Below, piece after piece: positions 42,031-56,600 of a DNA stretch of 64,000 nucleotides. The stretch comes from Octopus bimaculoides (Eukaryota). The stretch's first letter is position 1. Each line of letters starts with the position of its first letter. Where the stretch lies: contig NC_068997.1 in NCBI RefSeq assembly GCF_001194135.2, positions 6,586,106-6,650,105 on the forward strand, written 5' to 3'. The notes under the pieces are model-generated. The model made no database searches and had not been told where the DNA came from. It worked only from the letters and a program-made list of their open reading frames with translations. The position numbers and the translations under genes were made by a program.

Positions 42031-42679
42031 TTAAATACCTTACTAAAATATTATGTAGTATATGTATACATGTTTCTATAAACCAACAAGTGAAACCTTT
42101 ACATGGTAGCTAAACATGTTAAAAAAAATAACAAAGAGCACCCATGAAGCTCATATTACTTTGAGACAGACAGCTGGGCTTAGCAGGTATCACTGCTTTA
42201 AACAAAGGTTTATAAAGTCAAAATATATATATATATATAACTCTATATAAATATTCCACTCTAACTTTACCCCCCCTTTACCTCTCTCTCTTTTACAAAA
42301 TTTTTGAAAAGAATTAATAAAAATAAAAAAGTTGTGCTTATGAGTTATGTTTATAGGGGGAATTCAACCAAACAACAAAGATCCTTCAAATATAAAGGCA
42401 TTTAATCTTGAACCTGGGGTTTCTGCACCATAATCGGGTGGCACAATATAAGTCTGTTACTTCTACTAAGGAAATTCTTCTTAACTTTAGTTGGGAATCT
42501 TCTGTGACCACAAAACCCTCATCCAATCAGTACTTATGACTAGATGTGACGTTGGTGATTTTTTCATAAAGTGTAGTATTCCTAGAATGTTTAATCATGA
42601 AATCATTGTATGTGTTTTATCAACTTATTTGGACTGTGAACATCCACTTTCCATGATAACATGGAAAGTGGAGAATAAA

Positions 42680-42715
<36 letters not shown>

Positions 42716-45440
42716 TGTATGTGTTAAAATAATACAAATATATAGTTTGTGTATGTCTTGCTAAGAAAGTGATACCAACTAGCAATTCATCACCAAATCA
42801 AGGCTTAGATTTCATATCACTTCCACACCATGCTATTATATTTGTGTTTGTATATATTTCTCAGTACTTTTCAGAATGTTTATATTTAGTTTGTTCATAT
42901 GTAAGAGTGTGTGTATGTGCTTGTTTGTTTTAGGATCTGAATCATGTGTGTCTTAATTCCCCAGACATTCCCCAGTCAGTGTGAAGCTGACAATAGCAAT
43001 GATCTGACTTGCTTACATATAATTATAGCAAACTAGAAATCATCTTCATACTCCATTGATTGTAAGCTCATTTTTTTTAACATATGAAACTTGCTTCATC
43101 CCTATGTGTGTATGTGTTTATTAGAATGGGATCAAATCTGGGGACCATAAGGTTGCAAAACAAAGGTAACCACTCAACCATTCTTAAATGCACATTAAGT
43201 AGGGTCCAGTTTTCAAGAGTCTAATATTTTAGAAAAGAAATGTCAGCTGATTGAGGGAATAAATGCATACACAGTAAAACTAATGTTACAGAAATTTAAA
43301 TGTAGGGAACAAAGTTAGAATGAAATACTGTATATTAATAAAGCAATAATGAACAGAGTTATTCTGATAGGGAAACATAAAGGTTAAAAAGAACATGGTG
43401 AGTATTTTTTTCAGAAAAGTGAATATACAAGTGTTTGTCAAAATAAAATTGTTACATATTTGTTGGTAATGAGATAGGCATCAGGTAATTTAGTATACCC
43501 TGTTATGTGATATTAAATGTAAAAAGCAAATGATCAGCAATTCAATGCAAATTGTAAATATTAAATACTCGCAATCGAGATGTTACCCACAACCATATAA
43601 TTGCTCAATCTAATTCTTAAAGCTCTTACTGTAGAATTCAAAACTGGATTTTTCTCTGATAAAAATGCAAAAGTTTGAATGCTAAAATGTTACTAAATAC
43701 CCAGAATCTTTTAAGCTGTGAAACAGTTTATGGCTTTGTTTATCATGTAATAAAAAAGTTATCTAGATTGTGCTTTGGTCATATTAGTGTTGAGTATCAT
43801 TTCAACTATTGAACCAAAGTTTTCAGTAAACTGAGTGAAATGAGGGTCAGGTTTATTTTAGTTATTGATTAATGATGGGGAAAGAGACAATAATGGATAA
43901 TCATTGAATACACTGACAACACAAGAATCTGCATGCAACTTATCATCATGAATGGTAACTGGATTAAAAATAGGGTGAGGAAAATCTAGAATGCAGTAAG
44001 ACAATTTATACAAAGAGGGTGAACTAGAAAAGGTTAAAGTTATTTTTGTTATGTTATTTCCATTCTTATTGGAATGGAAATAAATCAAAAATGAAATGAT
44101 GAGGTGGAAAAAGAAAACCTTACAGATTCTAATATTCAATGTAAATTTAACAATATCTTGTATTGTCTTCAAGGGCAGGTGTGGGTCCATATTTGTGTGT
44201 CACATTCTACTCAGGAAAATTTTTTTTTACTTCTATTACACCATAAAAATATGGGAGTATAAAAGATACTCTAAAAACATACACAAAATATCTAAATGTT
44301 AAGATGAAAAAAATTTTTTTTTTTTTAAGCATAACAAAAATCTGAAAATTCAAATAAAATAGTTTGAAATTATAGAATAATAAAGTATAGTATATTTTCA
44401 ACGAAACAAGTTTTTAAATTAAATATTAATATGAGAAAAAAGAACCTAAGCAAAAATGTAGTTACAGATTTTTAGAACTAATACAAACCAAACTTTTTAA
44501 AAATCTTGTCAAATAAAACCAACACTTCAGTGATTACTAATTTGATATCTATTATATTAGTTATAAAGTAAACTTATCCATTAAAAGAAAGGGGGAAAAA
44601 ACATCTAGAATTGATGCCAGTTTTAAGCACAATAAGCATTACTGAAGTATGAATACTATAAGAACAAAATCTAAAAAACTGATGTTTTGATTTGTGAGAA
44701 AGTCTGGCCAAGCCATAAAAACAGAGCAAATATAGTCTATTGTCAGAGTTTAGAATAGCCATCAGGATAAATAAAGAAAATACCAAAAACAACCAACTTC
44801 AATTTAGGGAAAAATTTTTGAATGAGTTTATAAAAGTAGAATAACAAGTAAGTTCAAGTGAAATAAAATATACTTTTGAAGAATTAGTTAAAATAATAAC
44901 GGAAACTAACTATTATTACAACAATGATTGATATCACACAAGACAGAAATATGCATTCCTAGAAATTTGTGCAGATTCTGTCAGTCTATGCACAGAGTTT
45001 CATTAATGAAAATGTATTGATTAAGGAATTTATGTTATGGTTTATACATGTTTATCAGGAATCTGCGAACACAATACCAAAAACACACAATTTGTTACCT
45101 GCCATCACCAAATACTTGCAGTGACCGTCTAAAAAGGTAGCACCATCATATAGCAGCCTTATTTAATGTCTTCTAAACTACTGAGTAATTATTTATTAAT
45201 GCTTCGACCCTTTAACTGTATGTTGAATTATAAAGACATAAACAGATTTTACTCATAGAATGATGTTTCAGAGAACGTATGAAAAAGTTTGAATAATGTC
45301 AAATGAATGCATACTATACATTTTTCAGTGCCACAAAATTATAGAACTAATTAAGTGGATTCAATGAATGAAATAATTGGTAATCAGAAGATACATGGAA
45401 AAATATCAAGTTCTTAATAAATAATGTAAAGAATAGTATG

Positions 45441-45501
<61 letters not shown>

Positions 45502-46117
45502 AAGAACACATTAATCAGAAAACTAAATCTCTCAATGTCAAGGGTAGCTATCATACTAACATGATGAAATATAAGGAAGAAAACACATATATATAACATC
45601 CAAAATTAATCAACTAGTTTTAGTTTTAAATTCTGTTTTAGAGTTGAAGAATCAAGAAATTGAAAAGCAACTGCTAATGAATTCTTTGAGCAAACTGTTG
45701 GATAAATAATAAAGTTTGCAAGAAATTCCCTATCAGAACGAATTTTCTCCCTTCACCTTAGCAAATCAAGCGTATCAATTTTGTGTCATAATGATGGCTA
45801 AACCACAATGACAAGGTGGGGGATATAGTTTTTGTGAGATGTGTCTTGAAAGGGTATTATGAAAAGTTGACTAGAATGTCTTCTGGAAAAACAAGTTTGA
45901 AGTATAACTGTTGAATGAAAATGTGAAAAGAATGATAAATAAAATATGACACAAGGATACCTATTACACACAAACAAAAAAAAAAAAAGTAATAAAAACC
46001 AGCTGTAGGAAAGGATCCCATTTTGAATTTGCTATGGATTTAAATAGTGCGTTGTGAGAAGACAAAGAGGAATTAGTAGAGAATAGGATGATGACTAGCT
46101 TTCTAAGAGGGACTTAC

Positions 46118-46204
46118 AGTCAAAGAGTTAGATTTGATTTTGTTTTTCCAACCCAGAATAGGAGTGCTTGATGGAGTGGGAGGCTGCCTTAAGTCACTTG
46201 CACC
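46118..46204 (-). CDS. AGAP1: Exon B of homologous trio (GASDLRQPPTPSSTPILGWKNKIKSNSLT)
   Basis: Acceptor ttgttttatttttgtttctgcag, donor ACT|gtaagt, 87 nt, phase 0-0; collinear with exon C (PTPSSTP...KN...SN). Confidence 0.8.
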
Positions 46205-46229
46205 CTGCAGAAACAAAAATAAAACAAAG

Positions 46230-46235
46230 CATGCA
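46230..46235 (-). promoter_or_regulatory. TGCATG (Rbfox-type) motif ~25 nt upstream of exon B acceptor
   Basis: Plus strand catgca at 46230-46235; function inferred. Confidence 0.5.
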
Positions 46236-47628
46236 CCATGAACAGCAAAAAATGACGAATATGAAAGATAGGGAAAGAAAAGAAAAGGGTGGGATGCAGG
46301 TAGGATTAAAAAAATAAATGAGTTACATGAATTGATGAATAACTGCAATGGTGGGTTTGAAAAAAATAAAAATAAGGTGCTATGATTGAATTTCAATTGT
46401 CAAATTTCTTCAGTATATTTCAAACAATTTAGAAATATGTGGATAAGGTTAAACTGGTCTATGTAAACTAATCTCATCACCTTCAACCAAAATTATCTCT
46501 AATTTAAAGAATAAAGAAGCAATGAGAAATATATTTGATTTGTTCTGGCAATATAATTTGGTCGTCATTTTACCAACAGCCAGTAAGTCAACAAAGATGT
46601 AAAATGAAAGTGTTTATGTAATACCTCAAATCTAAGAAATGGATATTATAGAAACAAAATTAAATGAGTAATTATTAAGATGGAAAAAGAATATTTGACA
46701 TGAAGCTTTCATTGAGGTACTTATGCAGTTAAGGAAAACTTAACAAAGGAGTTGAAGCAAAATCCAAATCACCAGTTAGGACAAGGGCTACTCTTTTATC
46801 TAAAAGATTTTAACTTGATTAGTAATAAGTGATGACATTAAATTCTTCCATTTACAACAATATAATTGGAAGGTAATTTCAGGTACGTTGAAAAGGATCA
46901 TTCACTGAAACTTAAATTTCAAAAATAGAATATTGTCTTATTTTATTAAATATCAAAGCCACCTTTACAAGCATCAATGGGAATAAGTTATATAATCAAA
47001 AACAACATTCTATTAAGTTATGTTGTGGTTAAATAATAAGACGGTCATTCGAAGAAGAAATTAAATTTTGTAATATTAGCACACAATTGAAAATAGTTGA
47101 TTGCGATCACTTATTTAAAACAAAATATATATACTCTCAATAATGTTGGTTACATGCAAAACAGCTCAATGATGTTGAGCTTTCATATCAACTGGAGGAT
47201 ATGATTCTGTTACTGTTAGCAATGACATTGGAATATATTTTCATTTTATACAAGTAAAAAAATCAAAGAGTTAGAAGATGGAATTTATAGAGAGGATATT
47301 AGTTTTTCAATTGCCAGCATGCATCTTTTTATATGGAGCTGTTTAAATGGTAGTATTGAGAATAATGATGTGTTTTGATGTTGCAGTTTTACTTGTATTT
47401 TTTATGTTAACATGAGAAATTGCTTTTCAAAACTGATTGGATATTTGAATATTACTGGAGCAAGTGTTTCCAATGTCGAGTTAATTTTCTTACAACAAAC
47501 GGTTAAGTGAACATAACACCTATTTGAAGCTAAAGGAATTGAGATCTTTATTGCTATAACTTTGACAATAAATGTGGCAGATTTTTAACTCTCGATCACA
47601 TTTAAATATTTCAACTCATGTCCAATGT

Positions 47629-47664
<36 letters not shown>

Positions 47665-48329
47665 TATAGTTTAAACTAAAATATTTATTAAATTCAAGAC
47701 AATTTAGTAACTGCTGAATTGTCAAGCTTTCAATCTAGTGTTACCAGGTTAATAGTTCCTAAAACAATATTTATTTTAAAGACAGATGGTATTTCCATTT
47801 TAAAGAAATAGACAATTGGCAACATTGCTTTCAACTAGCAATATCTTGATTTCAGATAAACCTCAAGAGTTATGCTGCTGTCCATAATGCCACCAGCTCT
47901 TAAAAAGAAACATTAAATGACTTTAAAAAAATGAAAAGGAGAAATTATGAATCTCCTTCCCCTGAGTAAATGCAAATCCCTGAAATGCTTAGTCTTGACT
48001 TCATGGCATGAAGCCACTGAGAAATAAATCTTTCCTGGGAAAAGATACCCAAATGTCACAAGTAACATTTCTATAAGATTTGGTATATATTCCCCAAAGC
48101 TAAGCGATGAGGCACTAGAGCTTAAAGTGCTTTGCCAAGAAACATAATGGAACATCCAGAGCACATTTGAAATGATGGTCAATAAAAAACCACAAAGGTT
48201 ATACAGTAGAAAGTGCAAGGACACATTATAGCTGCTAAGGACTGCACAACTGACTATGGAAGCAGCCACTTGTAAGAACAACTGTACACTTAACACACAC
48301 CCATATATACACAATGGAATCTGCCATCA

Positions 48330-48610
48330 ATGATGATTAGATGTGTGTTCAGTTTTTGCTGAACAACCTGCACAATTGATTTGTCTAGAGTGATTAAATG
48401 TATGTGCTGTACATTTGCTCACCTGTCCCTCCATCAAATTGACATTGCCTGAACAGGTGCACGGTGTACCACACATCAGGTGTTGAAGTGACTGCAGAGT
48501 AATGTGAGATAAAGTGTTTTGCTCAAGAACACAATGCACAACCCGGTCCAGGAATTGAAACCATGATTTTGTAATCATGAGTGTAACTACCTAACCACTA
48601 GGCCATGCAC
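48330..48610 (-). mobile_element. tRNA-derived SINE
   Basis: Minus strand A-box TGGCCTAGTGG and B-box-like GGTTTCAATTCC; body resembles 7379-7670. Confidence 0.65.
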
Positions 48611-49097
48611 ACACACATGATAAATAATTCACCCAAGACAGAATTATTTATGAATTAGAGTAATGATCTAAATGATGTGTAGCTATATTCTTAGTGAATA
48701 AATAAATTCTATCACATAATCTAGTACATAAAATCAAAACTATTTTGTTTCTTGAAATGAGCAAGATAATTCAGTATATTGAGTGAAGATGGTATTAATG
48801 GAATATGATGCTGTTATAAAAATCAACTCAAAGAGAGAAATTTCCAAACATAAATAATTTAGAGTCCATCTTGAAGTTATCAATATTTGATCTAAACTGA
48901 AGTTTCTAGAAACAGTCCATGAAGCCGTTTTAGAATGACCTAACATCTCAGACAAATACATTTTATATCAAGATGGATATCTAACTTAATTTTCTTGATC
49001 TTTTAAATTAAAAACAAAATGTTGATTTTGCAGATGGTAAAGCAATTTCAAAACTACGTAAAAAATGACACCGTTAAATAACATATAAATTAGTTAT

Positions 49098-49600
49098 TAG
49101 TGACAGAAGTAGTCTTTGTAATGAATATTATTTTGAACATCCAACTTGTATTGTTAAGAATGCCATAAAGTGTGGTGATCTTCCCAAGAAATTATCTCCT
49201 ATATATTGTACATACATTAGGTACGAAGAAAAGGCAGAGCTTATATCAGTTGATGAAATTTCGTCAGCACTGGTGGATGGGACAGCTGGATCATGATTCC
49301 AGCATAAATTGCACATCATCCAAGTTAAATTGTTGGATGATGTGCAAACTAATATTTGTTACAAAGACTGCTTCTGTCACTACACAACCAGCAGCTAGCT
49401 TTTTGCAATATCACTGACTGTTTGGTTTGAAAGATTTGGAGTCTGGCATTTGGTGTTTGGGTGCCTCTTGCTGATCATTCTACACAATTTATGCTGACAT
49501 CACACAAGACAACAGTCCCATTTGACAGTGCTGACAAAATTTTATCAACTGACATAATCTGTGCTTTTTTAGTACCTGACATCTATACGAGATGATTTCT
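49098..49600. repeat. Interleaved imperfect inverted repeats with a central 13-bp perfect hairpin
   Basis: 49098-49140 pairs with 49340-49382 (38/43); 49187-49311 pairs imperfectly with 49485-49600; gcacatcatccaa (49311-49323) pairs with ttggatgatgtgc (49333-49345). Confidence 0.8.
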
Positions 49601-52499
49601 GAAGACAATTAACACAGTCTGTAATGTTCTTAACAACATATCCCAGATGGGTGTGCAAATTAAAATATAATTGTTTTTGTTATTCCCGTTATCATCAGCA
49701 GAAGCTGAATTCTTCTTCTTCTTCTTCTTCTTCTTATCATCATCTGTATTATCACTATTATTAATAGGACTACCATTATTCCAAGGAAAGAGAACAGAAA
49801 CAGTAGAATGTCAGACAAAATTCCTTTCAGAGTTCAGTTTTCTTTCTCAAAGCTCTTTCTTTCTTTCTAATTTGTCGAGGTGGGGTGGGGGTAAGGGTGT
49901 CAATGAAACTGAGTCTACCCACCTCTTGTACAGTTTTGTGTCAATGTCAAGAATCATTATTAGTACCTGGAGTGTCCCACCTGCAGACTATATGAAGTAG
50001 TCCTGGGTGTAGACTTCTGTTGACACGACTCAGTGCTAATGTAGATTTTTTTTTTTGTCTGAGTTCACAGATTCTTGACAGTCTTGTGTGCAGTTGTTTC
50101 TATCAATTACGTGTTCGGTCCTTTTCAGAACACAATGTCTTCCCACAGGAAACGACAGACAGTGCCTGGCTACAGCTCAACACACTGTTCTCTAAAGACA
50201 ATGATGTCTAACGGAGGCACAAAAGTACAAATTTTGCAGGAGATAATTTCAACAACTGCAGTACTTTATAGAGACATATTTTATTCTCCAGACAACTAAA
50301 TGCTGCCAAGGTATACGATCTCATCACCTACAAATCCTCTTCCAATGTCTTATCATGTTAATAACAACAACAACAACTGCACCAAATTTTTATGTTCTTA
50401 TGTTTTGACAGACACTCTCTAGAACAATACCCTGTGCAAAACCAAAACTATGGTACCCTAGTCATATTATCAAGTTGAACTTCTTGTCTCTTGAGGTCTC
50501 AGGGTGAGACTTGGAGTCAACTTGTACAAATACAAAGCAAAAGCTAAACATAAAATAATAATAATAGTTTTTAATTTAGGCAAAAGGTCAGCAATTTAGT
50601 GGTGGTAGGGGGAGGGTAATTAACATCAACGACCCCCATACCTGACCATTACTTCATTATATTGACCCTGGAGGTGTGGGTGTCAAAGCTGACCTCAACA
50701 GGGTTTGAATTCAAAGCAAAGAACCAGCACAGATGCAGCAAGGTTGCTTTATCCCAATACTCAAACAATTCTGCAAGCTTACTACCTTGTTGATGATGAT
50801 GATGATGGTTATGATATCACAATTGTGCACAAAGACACACATGAATAGGTTGTAATAGACAGAATGCTGAAATCTTTGAGAAAGTAAAGATAGACAAACA
50901 TCAGGATTTGGTAAGAGCCAGGTACAGGCAACAGGTAAAGTTGTTTCTTTTGTTATCGGCACACTTGGAACAAATTCAAAGAATCCTGGGCATACCAGAT
51001 ATCTTAAAGAGTGCACAAATGGTTGTGGTGCTTGGAATGGCTCACATACAGAGGAAGGTGTGGTGCCTCTGAGCAGTGGGTGGGAGCTGAGGCATAATTA
51101 CACACAACCAGAACTGTTGGAGAACAACAATAACAATACAAATTCACAAATTTGACCAAAGTGAGATGGCGAGAATATTTTTACAGACCCCAGAAAGAAA
51201 AGAAAAAAAGGGAAACTAAATGCTGTGAAGAATTTCATCTGGCACTCTAAACATTCACTACTCTTAACATTACATTAGTAGAGGAGGAGAGGAGGAGGAG
51301 GAGGAGGAGGAGAAAAGGAAGAAATAAACAATATGTCAGAATATGACTTATTTTCTGTAAAAACGAAATTAGGTAAAACTGCAATATCAAATATTTGCAA
51401 AGACAAACATTTTACGGAGAATTATTCTTCATTTTGAAACATTTAATACTCTTACTAGTACAGTTATGTACTAGCAATAGTGTTAAATGCCTCAAAGTCA
51501 AAACTTTGTGGATCCATGCACAACACGAGTGGGGAAAGGCATTAAATCAATAAAAAAAAGAAAAAAAGTTGGTTCTGTTCTGAATCTTCAAACAAAACAG
51601 ACAGATTAGAGATTAGGGATTGAAATAGTCCTGAATTATCTAGGTGGACAAAAATAACGGTCAGTTTTGTTCACCATATACCTAAGTCAAATATTACATT
51701 TATCAAGAATTCTTTAAATTAGATGATACACTCATTATACACCATATAAATAAGAGGGATCCTAATCCTTATATTTTCTATTCTATTCCCAAATACACAC
51801 ACACACACACACGTGCATCTAAGTTGGTGCACAAAAAAGAAAAAAGTAATCAAGACATTCAGTTGCACCTGTATTTAGAAACAGGTAAACTTGGCTTATA
51901 TTTTTTTTAATTTTATTATGTGTATGATGAGCTGAAAAAAACCCATAAAATGATATATATTCATGTATACACACACACACACACACACACACACGCGTAT
52001 ATAAAACTGCATATACATATTTTCAGACACATAAACACACACACTCACATAAAACAGAGACACATATATGCATGTATTGTTCTACTTTTTCCAGTCATTC
52101 AGGAGCACCATCTTGACAGGTTTAGTCAATCGAATTGATCCCAGTATATCTTACAGGTTTAGGAGTTATCCTATTGGTGTCTTTTCCCCTGAACCACAAA
52201 GTTACACAGACATAAACAATTCCACAAGATTTGTTAAGCAGTGAGAGACAAATACAAACACATGTAAACACACACACACACACACACACCAAATCTATTT
52301 ACAAGCAGCAAAAGTAGAAGACATTCCCCAAAAATAGTGTGTGTGAGTAAACATATACACACACATAAATACACACGTGCATATTTAAGTTTTTACTTTT
52401 ATCTTTTTGCTACTCCATGTTTTCTTTTAGCATATGGATATGAGAAATATCATTTTCCATATAAAATATAAAAATTTGCAACCTACATGAAACATTTTA

Positions 52500-52626
52500 C
52501 ATGGAAGTTAACGAACCATTTGTAGATGCTCATGGAAGTTAACGAACCATTTGTAGATGCTCATGGAAGTTAACGAACCATTTGTAGATGCTCATGGAAG
52601 TTAACGAACCGTTTGTAGATGCTCAT
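52500..52626. repeat. Minisatellite, 4 x 31 bp (catggaagttaacgaaccatttgtagatgct)
   Basis: Head-to-tail copies starting 52500, 52531, 52562 and 52593; one substitution in copy 4; no spacers. Confidence 0.97.
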
Positions 52627-52718
52627 TCAGCATATATATGTGAGTTTCTCTTCAAAAAAACTGTTCATAATTCAATTTGTTTGTATACATAACTCTACAT
52701 ATATGGGTGCCCCACTGT

Positions 52719-52762
<44 letters not shown>

Positions 52763-53169
52763 ACACATATATAAATGTCAATACATAAACCCCTCTATAC
52801 AGACACACACACACTCTCTCTCTCTTGAAATTAAAATATTAAAGAAGTTAGAGTCTAGGTTTTTGTAAATGCCATCTAGTAATGATAAAGTTAGTTTATA
52901 GTTTGTAATTTTATTGCAGAACATTGAGCAATGCCTACATACTGAGGTCAATAAACAAATATTATCATAAACATTCAAAGAACATAATTGATGATCTGTG
53001 ACATGACATATTGAGGTGAGCCAAAAGTTTTGCAATATTTGCAAATGTTTGCAGTGTTTATATCACATGACCAAAGCAGTTGAAGACGTGGAGAGTGCCC
53101 CCATTGAGATTGGTAATATCATGGTAGTTGGTGCACTGGCTCAGTCCATGATTTGAAAGCCACACTGAT

Positions 53170-53670
53170 GAATATGCAACATAGTCTAATTTAGGAACTT
53201 ATGCTTTACAAGTTCAAACTGGGCCATGACACTGCAGAATCAGGTTGTGTGAAAGGTGAAGGTACAGTTGACCATGATACAGTAACCAGATGGCTCAAGA
53301 AATTGCGCTTGGGTTGCAAGAACCTCACTGATCAGGCAAGGTTAGGTAGGTCTAAAACTGTTGATTCCAAGGCCATGCTCCAAGCCATAGAGGTAAGTCC
53401 AGAAAGTATCAGATGAGCACAGCATCTCATGGAGGTATACCATTGTGCAGCAAAAATACTACCTGGCGTTGATTAACAGAAAGCAAGCTCTTCTGCAGCA
53501 AGATAATGTGAGACCTCAAACTGCTCAAACAATCCATAATAAACTCCAAGAACTCAAGGGAATCAAACTGATGTCACAACCAGCATATAGTCCGAACGTN
53601 NNNNNNNNNAGATTATTACTTGTTCCCAGCCATAGCTCACTTTCAGCATTCACAATGCTTCATTAAGCAA
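53170..53670 (+). mobile_element. Internally deleted mariner transposase relic
   Basis: HTH-like N-terminus (MLYKFKLGH...TVTRWLKK...DQARLGRSK) followed directly by QDNVRPQTA and QPAYSPN, matching mariner HDNARPH and HPPYSPDL. Confidence 0.85.
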
Positions 53671-56600
53671 AGAGGCAGTGGAAGCATCAGTGAAGTTCTT
53701 AACAGGGCTCGCTGGAACAACTTTACAAGACTCAGTTCATAAATTTTACTCGTAAACACTGTCCTAACATTTAGGTGTATTAAATTTTATAGTAACTATT
53801 TATGCTTCAAAAATCTTAAAACTAAGGCTGAGCTGAAGTAATGATTCTCAAACATGTGACATTTTCTAATTTACAATTTAATCGCTGATTTAGCCATAAA
53901 AGGTATGTAAAAGAAACTGATCATCATCCTACCACTGCCATCTCTGAATACTTTCTCTTCAAAATTTTCAGTAATCAAAAGTTACATGCCATCTGTCTAC
54001 GCTTCTTATTTACTGTTTATTTAGAACTAAACTTTTTTTTTTTTTTTACTACATCATTAACCTTGCCTCTCCCAAATATAAACTTATTTGCCAACAAGCA
54101 CCTACACCACTGCAATCTAGTGCTAACCTGACCAAACAGTTAAGTGAGTAGGTGATTGATTGGATGTCATCCAGATACAAAGAGACATTGAAATGCATGC
54201 ACATCCATCTGGTGCAATTCAATAATGATAATGACCAAGTCACTTGTAGGTGGGTCAATATTATAACTTAATAGGTTTATTATAGATAATTAAACACATT
54301 TCAAATACAGTAAAAGAAAAAAAAAACATGGTGGAAGAATTTTTTAAAGGGTTCTTCTAAAAAAAGAATAGTACATAGAAATTTAGATATTCTAGTTTTA
54401 AAAGCTGAGTGTTTAATTTACTGTTTAATGATTTGAGTGTGTGAGGGCATTATATAGAAATTTTTAAAATGTGTTTTATTTCAAAAGAAAATTATTAACT
54501 CTTGACAAAAAAAAAGAAGTAATTAAAAGAAACAAAATGAATGAATAAAATTTAGCCAGATTGAATGGAATTTCTTATAACTTAAATAATCGAATTCAGT
54601 GAACTTTGCTAATTATCATTTTTAGTAAAAACTCATTAAATAAAACATGGATTCAGAGTTAACTGGTATAATTTTAAAATTTTGTTTTTGCCAATACAAA
54701 AAATAAGTCTTTGAGTTAAAATGAAGTCTTATTTCAATATATTTCCTTTTCAGTTTCTAGGGTTGGCCCTATGAAAAATAAATTAAAAATGATTTTAATT
54801 TATTGAGTAAAATTCTCATATTAAATTATTTGTTCCAAATCTTTAAAGAGATACGCTCATTATGAATGGAAATTAAGTGAATCCCATGAGTCAACTTTAA
54901 TAATAAAAATATATTTTAAAATGTATTTATATAAATGGCAAATAAAGTAATTCATTTTACCTAAACAACAATTTCAGTTCAACTTTAAAGATTCAAATGT
55001 TATTTTTGTAAAAACCTGAATAAATTATCAAATTCCCTTAAATTCTCTTCTAAAAGATGCAGATTCAAATGAATATTTTTTATTAAGAATTAGATTTCAG
55101 TAACAAGATGATTCAAGTTTGGTTCATATTATGTAAACTCAAACTTTTCTAGCTATGTCAGATTCACCTCTACTCCTGTCATAGTCCTTTATCAGTTTCT
55201 ACCCATTGTTTAAAAAATTAGTGTAACTGTTTATAACTGTGTATAAATTTGGTTAATAAAACAGTTTACTAAATAGGTATCAAGTTCCAAGCCATTCTCT
55301 TAGAAGATCTGTTGCCATACCAGAGCTAGGTCAATAGAAACATAAATGAAATATGTTAATTCAATTATTGGTTTAAATTTTTATATATTAAAATTATCCA
55401 TCATACATATGTTTAGAGAAATCTTTAGGTATATATGCACAATGTTAAGAGGCCTGTGATTCTATTAAACAGAGTCATGGCACACGTTTTTCGTTCAGCA
55501 GTGAAATTCCCCATGAACTTTCTAGGTGCGTGTGTGTGTGTGTGATTTTTGTTTGTCTTAAATTCAAAAATCTTTACAAGTCTATGGCTTTCAATGGGTA
55601 AATAAATAACCAAAAATCATTTTCATAACCACTTCAAAAGGTTATTTAGCAGATTAAATTACCAAAATGAGCAAAAAAAAGTCCCTGTGGATGAGTTAAG
55701 GGACTGCAATTAGTAAATAAATAATTCCTTCTACAGTAAGCAAAAGGCTTGACATTTTGGTGGGAGAGGGCCAGCCAATTACATTGTCCCCAGCTGACAC
55801 TTATTTCATTGATCTGAAAATGATGAAAGTAAAGTTGACCTTGGCAGAATTAGAACTTAGAATGTAAATCTGGAAGGAGTGCTGCTAAGCATTTAATCCA
55901 ATCTGCTAATTCTGCTAGTTCTCCACCTTAATTTGGAAATTAATTACGACATGGATAGCAACACTTATCAATTAATAAAGTACAAAATACAAAAGCCTTC
56001 AGTTTATTAACTTTTGCTGCATATCCCCAAAGGGCTTGATTTTTCAAGCCTTTTTCATTTTATTTTTCCAGAGGGACAAAATTTTGTTATCATTTTACTA
56101 ATTTTATAATTGTTACATCACTGACAAATTTTGACATTTCTATGTATTCATCTCCCAATTTTAATTATTAAAGAAAATATTCTGTTCTGTCAGACAGAGA
56201 ACTCAAAGAATGAGTTTTTCTATTTACAAATATTTTTTATTAGAAATATATCTAATTAACTTGTGCTCCTTTGAAAATTGTGAAAAATTTTCAAAAACAA
56301 TTTTTAGTATGCTTTTAAAAGAAAAAACTGAGGAAATTAGATGTTTAAAGTTTAACTGTTTTTATAGTTTTACTTTCTTTCAGTGAGGTTTGGTCAAAGC
56401 TTGTCATTTCGAGAGATATATTATGATATAATACAATAATTATTTTTAAATTACAATAGTTATCTAGAAAAAGACTAATTACTCAGATAATATTATTATG
56501 TTGAATCATCAAATTGCTACAACTTTTACAGACTTTCTTTGGAATAAAATTTGAGTAAATGATAAATTCAGAAAAACATTCTGTGTTGCTTATTTTAAAA

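Noticed and set aside
46720-46800. ASTP-containing frame near exon B
   Set aside because: Wrong phase, in-frame stop, no basic motif.
47913-48314. 133-codon minus-strand ORF
   Set aside because: No recognisable domain or splice boundaries; consistent with chance in AT-rich DNA.
49620-50300. Coding-like GC-richer patch on the minus strand
   Set aside because: Stops in all frames and no recognisable protein family.
51046-51113. 68-nt AG/GT-bounded segment
   Set aside because: Length is not a multiple of 3 and there is no homology; cannot be told apart from a pseudo-exon.
52500-52626. CRISPR-like 31-bp repeats
   Set aside because: Repeats are head-to-tail with no spacers, in a eukaryotic intron with no cas genes.
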